Below, piece by piece: positions 59,043 to 64,000 of a DNA stretch of 64,000 nt; positions within the stretch are counted from its first letter, which is position 1; every line of letters starts with the position of its first letter. The stretch is from Gemmatimonadales bacterium (GTDB lineage Bacteria; Gemmatimonadota; Gemmatimonadetes; Gemmatimonadales; GWC2-71-9), in the NCBI GenBank assembly GCA_041577295.1, contig JBFGJG010000022.1, positions 1 to 64,000 of the forward strand, given 5' to 3'. The notes under the pieces were generated by a model. That model saw only the letters and a list, made by a program, of their open reading frames with translations, searched no databases and was not told the DNA's origin. The translations under genes were made by a program, and so were the position numbers.

Positions 59043-59678
59043 TCAACCCGTCATCTGGGGAAAGGTTTCCCGTAAACGAGTACGCAAGACGTTCCAAGCT
59101 GCACGTTCAACCTGTTCTGCGGAACCTGTGGCATCGAGATGGATGATATCGGGTCCTTTCAACGCCGCAAACCAGGCCGCGACGCGATCATGCAGCGCGG
59201 GATCTTCCCGCTCCATCCGGTCGGGCCGCTTCGCCTGTTCCGCTTGGCGCGCCAATCCCACCGCGGCCGGCGCATCGAGCACGAGCGTCAGGTCCGGCCT
59301 GAGCCCACCCGTTGCCAACGCGTTCGCAGCCACGACCACATCTCGGGGGAACCCCCGACCCTCGACCTGATACGCCATGGTCGAAGAGTCATATCGATCG
59401 CTGAGCACGACCTTACCGGCAGCGAGCGCTGGTCGAATGACCTTCGCCACGAGATCGGCTCTGGCGGCCAACATCAAAAAAAGCTCGGCCGCCGGGCTGG
59501 CCTCGAGGTCCGGATCGAACGCCGCCTTTCGAGCCATCTCTGCAACTGGCGTGCCTCCCGGCTCGCGCACTGGCTCGACGTCAACATCAGCTGCCCGCAG
59601 GCGCGAGGCTAAACGCCCCACGAGGGTCGTCTTGCCGACGCCGTCGGGCCCCTCCACAACGATGAACGCTCCTGGCAC
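59043..59678 (-). CDS. tmk: Thymidylate kinase
   Basis: EGPDGVGKTT, REPGGT, DRY, AYQ. Confidence 0.96.
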   Translation of the reverse strand: MPGAFIVVEGPDGVGKTTLVGRLASRLRAADVDVEPVREPGGTPVAEMARKAAFDPDLEASPAAELFLMLAARADLVAKVIRPALAAGKVVLSDRYDSSTMAYQVEGRGFPRDVVVAANALATGGLRPDLTLVLDAPAAVGLARQAEQAKRPDRMEREDPALHDRVAAWFAALKGPDIIHLDATGSAEQVERAAWNVLRTRLRETFPQMTG

Positions 59679-59686
59679 GCGGTGGG

Positions 59687-60040
59687 TCAGCCGAGGGTGA
59701 TGATGGGGCTCTTTGAACCCTTCTTCAGCCCCTCCATGATCTGCTGATTCACGCGAATCATCAGCTTGTCGAAGTTGCTCTGGGCAGCCACCAAACTTTG
59801 ATAGCGGCTATCCCCCTGAATCTGCGTTAACAGACGGTCGTATTCACCGGTCTCCGATTCGGACGGTTCCTTTCCTTCGTTGGCACCACGCTCGAACGAC
59901 TCCGCCAGTTCCTGTAACCGGTTCAGTTGCTCGTGCAACTCATTGGCCTCCTCTACCCCCTCCCGAGCGCGCAATAGACCCTTGTACTCCTCGCTCTGTC
60001 CGATGAGACGTCCCAGTTCCTGCGCTTTCTCAGAAATCAC
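59687..60040 (-). CDS. YlbF/YmcA (Com_YlbF)-like helical protein
   Basis: EKAQELGRLIGQSEEY...AQSNFDKLMIRVNQQI; AGGAG RBS before GTG 60040. Confidence 0.72.
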   Translation of the reverse strand: MISEKAQELGRLIGQSEEYKGLLRAREGVEEANELHEQLNRLQELAESFERGANEGKEPSESETGEYDRLLTQIQGDSRYQSLVAAQSNFDKLMIRVNQQIMEGLKKGSKSPIITLG

Positions 60041-60042
60041 AA

Positions 60043-60894
60043 CTAACCGCTCCTGTTCGCAATGAAGTAGCGCGCACGACCAAAGAGATCGCGCTCGATT
60101 CGTGGGTCCTTCCAGTGGTGCGACAGCGCCAATTCGATGACCTGACTGGCGCGCCTGCAATCTACTTCGAGGGCCAGAAGACCGCCGGGAACGAGAAGCC
60201 GGGCCGCGCGCTGCACTAAGATGCGTGTGTGCTCCATTCCCCTTTCCCCGCTCACTAACGCCGCCCGCGGCTCAAACAGCCGCACTGAGGGATCGAGCTT
60301 GGCGAACTCCGTCACGGTCACGTACGGCGGATTCGAGACGATGATGTCGAACGCGCCCTCTCCGTCCCACTCGAGGGGCTCCAGAAGATGGCCCAGGCGG
60401 AATTCGACCGGCGTGTCCGGCATCACACGCGCCCCGTTTGCGCGGGCAACCTCGAGCGCTTCCGCCGAGTGATCTGTCGCCACGATCCGGGCAAAGCTCC
60501 CCTCAACCGCCAGGCTCAGCGCGATACAGCCACTCCCAGTGCCGATATCCGCCACCGTGAGCCGGCCCGAGCCTCGCGACCTCGCCCACGCGAGCACGCG
60601 CTCCACCAACCCCTCGGTCTCGGGCCGCGGAATCAAGACCCCCCGATCGACCGCGAGATCGAGCGTCCGAAACCCCACCGATCCCGCGGCGTAGGCGGTT
60701 GGCTCCCCCGAGGCCCGGCGCTCGACGGCCGCCTTGAACGGTTCGAGCAGCCGTCCATCCGGCACATTGTGCCGGTTCAGCCACACGTCGCCAACCGATC
60801 GGCCGGAAATGGCGGCAAGCAATCGGGCTGCCTCCCGACGCGACTCGGCGATCCCCGCCCGACGGAGGATCTGTGCAGCCTCGTAGAACCTCAC
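60043..60894 (-). CDS. prmC: Release factor glutamine methyltransferase
   Basis: VLIPRPETE, DIGTGSGCIA, SNPPY; GTGA overlap with prfA. Confidence 0.96.
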   Translation of the reverse strand: MRFYEAAQILRRAGIAESRREAARLLAAISGRSVGDVWLNRHNVPDGRLLEPFKAAVERRASGEPTAYAAGSVGFRTLDLAVDRGVLIPRPETEGLVERVLAWARSRGSGRLTVADIGTGSGCIALSLAVEGSFARIVATDHSAEALEVARANGARVMPDTPVEFRLGHLLEPLEWDGEGAFDIIVSNPPYVTVTEFAKLDPSVRLFEPRAALVSGERGMEHTRILVQRAARLLVPGGLLALEVDCRRASQVIELALSHHWKDPRIERDLFGRARYFIANRSG

Positions 60895-61952
60895 GCTGCT
60901 TCCGCCTGCTCGCCCGCGTGCGCGGCCCGCAGGGCTTCGATGATCTCATCGAGTCCCCCGTCCAGGATCTCCTCGAGGGCGTGCTTGGTGAGGTTGATGC
61001 GGTGATCGGTAACGCGGTTCTGAGGGAAGTTGTAGGTCCGGATCTTGGCCGAGCGATCGCCCGTCCCCACCATCGCGCGCCGCTCCGTGGCACGTGCGGC
61101 CTCCTGCTCGGCGATCCGCCGGTCCAGCAGCCGAGCCCTGAGTACCTCCAGCGCCTTGATCTTGTTCTGCAACTGGGACTTTTGATCCTGGCACTGCACG
61201 ACCAGACCGGTTGGCAGGTGAGTGATGCGTACGGCGCTGTCCGTGGTGTTGACGCTTTGCCCACCCGGTCCGGACGACCGAAACACATCCACCTTGAGGT
61301 CCTTCTCATCGATGTCGATGTCCACTTCCTCGGCCTCGGGAAGCACCGCCACCGTCGCAGCTGAGGTGTGAATCCTCCCTTGCGCCTCCGTGACGGGCAC
61401 GCGCTGGACCCGATGCACACCGGATTCGTGCCTGAGCCGGCCGTAGACATCGTCGCCCGCCACCTTGAAGATCACGGCCTTGATACCGTTCAGCGTGCCT
61501 TCGGACAGATCGACCACCTCGGTCTTCCACCCCCGGCGTTCCGCATACCGCGTGTACATGCGATATAAATCCGCGGCAAACAGAGCGGCCTCGTCTCCAC
61601 CGGTGCCGGCTCGGATCTCGACGATGGTGTCGCGGTTGTCGAGGGGATCGGGTGGGATGAGCAGCGCGTGGAGCTCGCTCTCCAGCTCCTCGATCCCCGG
61701 CTCGAGGCGATCGAGATCGCCCTGTGCCAGCTCAGCGATGGCCTTATCGCTATCGTGTAGCAGCTCGCGGGCGTCGCTCAGCTCCTGGCGGGTCTTGGTG
61801 AGCTTTTCGGCGACCCGCCGGATGCGATCGAGGCGGCCGTGTTCCCGCCCGAGTGTTTTCAGTTGTTGGGGATCTGCCGCGACGGCCGGGTCTGCGAGCG
61901 CACGTTCCACCTCTCGCAACCGGGCAAGCGCGGCCTCGAGCCGCGCTTGCAT
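60891..61952 (-). CDS. prfA: Peptide chain release factor 1
   Basis: GTGGDEA, VQRVPVTE (PxT), GGQ, RTYNFPQ. Confidence 0.97.
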   Translation of the reverse strand: MQARLEAALARLREVERALADPAVAADPQQLKTLGREHGRLDRIRRVAEKLTKTRQELSDARELLHDSDKAIAELAQGDLDRLEPGIEELESELHALLIPPDPLDNRDTIVEIRAGTGGDEAALFAADLYRMYTRYAERRGWKTEVVDLSEGTLNGIKAVIFKVAGDDVYGRLRHESGVHRVQRVPVTEAQGRIHTSAATVAVLPEAEEVDIDIDEKDLKVDVFRSSGPGGQSVNTTDSAVRITHLPTGLVVQCQDQKSQLQNKIKALEVLRARLLDRRIAEQEAARATERRAMVGTGDRSAKIRTYNFPQNRVTDHRINLTKHALEEILDGGLDEIIEALRAAHAGEQAEAA

Positions 61953-61955
61953 GAG

Positions 61956-62177
61956 TTAGCCCTCCTGCTGCGCGCCCGCCGTGGATTCGTAGCGCTGGCG
62001 GAACCGCTCAACCCGCCCAGCGGTATCGACCAGCTTCTGTTTGCCGGTGAAGAACGGATGGCACCGGGCGCAGATTTCCACGTGCATCGACGGAAGCGTC
62101 GAACGCGTCTCAAACGTATTGCCACACGCGCACTGGACGACCGTGCGCTGGTATGTCGGATGAATGTCTTGTTTCAC
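61956..62177 (-). CDS. rpmE: 50S ribosomal protein L31 (Zn-binding type)
   Basis: [25 protein letters not shown]. Confidence 0.97.
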   Translation of the reverse strand: MKQDIHPTYQRTVVQCACGNTFETRSTLPSMHVEICARCHPFFTGKQKLVDTAGRVERFRQRYESTAGAQQEG

Positions 62178-62308
62178 TGGTTTGACCTCACGAACGTCAG
62201 TGTGCCTGGCCCCATCCCGCTGATGCCCCCAATCCCGCCTCCAACGACCTGCCGGAGGAGCGGGATCGGTGGGATACCAGCAGATTGCCGATCTTCCTGG
62301 AACCGCGA

Positions 62309-62338
62309 AATATAACCCCCACAGTGACTTGCGGACAA
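62309..62338 (-). promoter_or_regulatory. Sigma70-like promoter for the rpmE-prfA-prmC operon
   Basis: Minus strand TTGTCC, 18 bp, TATATT. Confidence 0.55.
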
Positions 62339-62358
62339 GCGACGCGGGTCGGCTTTAA

Positions 62359-62387
62359 TTGACACCGGGGCCCTGGGTCACTAAGCT
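62359..62387 (+). promoter_or_regulatory. Sigma70-like promoter for the Crp gene
   Basis: TTGACA, 17 bp, TAAGCT. Confidence 0.75.
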
Positions 62388-62427
62388 AGGCCAATCTGAA
62401 TCGGTGCATTCACTTCCGAGACCGACC

Positions 62428-63099
62428 ATGGCCGTCGCGGATACCCTCAAACACATCCCGCTCTTCTCACACCTTGGGACAGAGGAGTTGCACCGGGTCG
62501 GCCAAGCCATCCGGGAGAAGAGCTACCCAAAGGGGAGCGTGATCCTATTCGAGGACGACCCCGGGGACGCCCTCTACGTGGTGGTGACCGGCGAGGTGAA
62601 GGTCGTCCGCATAGGAGAGGATGGGCGCGAGGTCATCCTCAGCATCCTCCGAGCGGGAGATTTCTTTGGGGAGATGTCGCTGATCGACGATCAGCCCAGG
62701 TCGGCCCACGTCATCGCCATGCAGGACGCCAACCTCATCGTGCTTCGGCGCGATGATTTTCATAAGACCCTTGCCGAGGCCCCGAGCATCGCCCTGGGCC
62801 TGCTGAAGGCACTGTCCCGCCGTTTGCGACGGGCCGACGACAAGATCGGGGAGCTCGTCCTGCTGGACGTGAACGGCCGGGTCTCTCGAGTGCTGCTCGA
62901 GCTCGCCGACGAAAGCGACGGTGTCACCATCTCCCGCACGGTGACCCATCACACCATCGCGCAGATGATTGGGTCGAGTCGGGAGACGGTGTCCCGGACG
63001 ATTAGAGAATTGGCAGACCGAGGACTCATCGAGGTCAGCCGCAAGGCTATCGCCATCCGCGATCGCGCTGCCTTGGAGGCCGTGGCCGGTCTGCAGTGA
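62428..63099 (+). CDS. Crp/Fnr family transcriptional regulator (cNMP-binding)
   Basis: FFGEMSL...PRSA cNMP pocket; HTH GSSRETVSR. Confidence 0.93.
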   Translation: MAVADTLKHIPLFSHLGTEELHRVGQAIREKSYPKGSVILFEDDPGDALYVVVTGEVKVVRIGEDGREVILSILRAGDFFGEMSLIDDQPRSAHVIAMQDANLIVLRRDDFHKTLAEAPSIALGLLKALSRRLRRADDKIGELVLLDVNGRVSRVLLELADESDGVTISRTVTHHTIAQMIGSSRETVSRTIRELADRGLIEVSRKAIAIRDRAALEAVAGLQ

Positions 63100-63185
63100 G
63101 GGGGGTCACCCATGGCCCGTGACCACGGTCCTTACGTAGTCGGCACACACGGTCTACACTCGACGCGGGTTTGGCGCCCAACTAC

Positions 63186-64000
63186 ATGAGCTGCAAAATC
63201 ACGTTCTGGGGAACGCGTGGGTCCATTCCGACCCCCGGCGCACCGACCGCGCGGTACGGTGGAAACACGCCGTGCGTCGCGGTTCAGCAAGCCGACGAGC
63301 AAGGTAGCCACGTCGTCATTCTCGACGCCGGAACCGGAATCCGCCCGCTGGGACGGAAGCTCACCGAACGTCAGGAGGGCGACGTGACGGTCGATCTCCT
63401 CCTGAGCCATACGCATTGGGATCATATTCAGGGCCTCCCGTTCTTCGCACCGTTCTTTCAGGAAGGCAACGCGGTCAACATCCATGGTGCGAAGCAGGGT
63501 GACGTGGATCTGGCGTTGATCCTCAAGCGACAGATGGATCCGGTCGTCTTTCCTGTCCCAATCGAAGAGTTAGCCGCGCAGCTTCAGGTGGAGCATGTGA
63601 ACCACGAGCGCTTTGAGATCGACGGGTTCGACGTCAGGGCGATGCGGTTACGGCATCCCGGTAACACGTTGGGATATCGTCTCACGCCAAAGGGTACCAC
63701 CGGGAGTGTGGCGTATGTGACGGACAACGAGCTGGGTTCCGGCGGCTCGTACGATGTCGGCCCTTCGTGGCGCAAACAGTTTCTCGGGTTCCTTGATGGG
63801 GTCAGTGTGCTGATTCATGACGCGATGTTCACCCCAGCCGAGCTCGAGCACCATCAGGGGTGGGGACATTCATCGTATTCGGAGGCAGTGAAACTCGCAG
63901 CCGAGGTTGGGGTAAGCCGACTCGTCTTGTTCCATCACCTGCCGGAGCACGACGATGCCGCGATGGACCTTTTGGTCAACGAGGCACAGGAGACCGCCAC
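63186..64000 (+). CDS. MBL-fold metallo-hydrolase (3' truncated by window edge; absent from ORF track)
   Basis: Manual translation MSCKITFWGTRGSIPTPG, RYGGNTPCV, LDAGTG, SHTHWDHIQGLPFF, GWGHS, LFHH. Confidence 0.9.
   Translation, partial: MSCKITFWGTRGSIPTPGAPTARYGGNTPCVAVQQADEQGSHVVILDAGTGIRPLGRKLTERQEGDVTVDLLLSHTHWDHIQGLPFFAPFFQEGNAVNIHGAKQGDVDLALILKRQMDPVVFPVPIEELAAQLQVEHVNHERFEIDGFDVRAMRLRHPGNTLGYRLTPKGTTGSVAYVTDNELGSGGSYDVGPSWRKQFLGFLDGVSVLIHDAMFTPAELEHHQGWGHSSYSEAVKLAAEVGVSRLVLFHHLPEHDDAAMDLLVNEAQETA

Noticed and set aside
62190..62280. Inverted repeat in the rpmE 5' region as an L31 leader RNA
   Set aside because: A hairpin is present but I cannot match it to a known leader motif without a covariance search

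Overview
GC-rich bacterial chromosomal segment, mostly housekeeping genes. Gene content and order suggest Gemmatimonadota, but this is an inference and not a database result. It carries nhaA (partial), glnS with a C-terminal GatB/YqeY domain, tRNA-Ser, a short gltX, and an 8-gene overlapping minus-strand run (rsmI, DUF4159, DUF4175, TPR, Tat-exported protein, JAB-DinG, aminotransferase, TonB-anchor protein). Next come trxA, mce, pdxJ and ispE, then a ~12 kb accessory block around tRNA-Gln (OMP, APC permease, AKR-Rid fusion, Asp-box propeller, chrA/chrB, ornithine cyclodeaminase, NTF2, VOC, glutaredoxin, GNAT). After that: prs-rplY-pth-hppA-ychF, rpsF-rpsR-DUF2232-rplI-DAK2/DegV-rsfS, two SPOR proteins, smc, S8 protease, MBL, aroF, lolA, and ctpA, tmk, ylbF, prmC, prfA, rpmE, crp and a partial MBL hydrolase. 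The best hidden signal is a gene the ORF track misses: a glutaredoxin at 34887-35147 with an in-frame TGA at its first active-site Cys (UPYC), a SECIS-like hairpin and its own promoter, so probably a selenoprotein. Other points of interest are heptamer repeat arrays between genes, a 15-bp palindrome at chrB, His-less Hpt-like domains, a Walker-A-less MinD/BY-kinase-like SPOR protein and a probable CTG start for pth. No CRISPR array, integrase, transposase or rRNA was seen.
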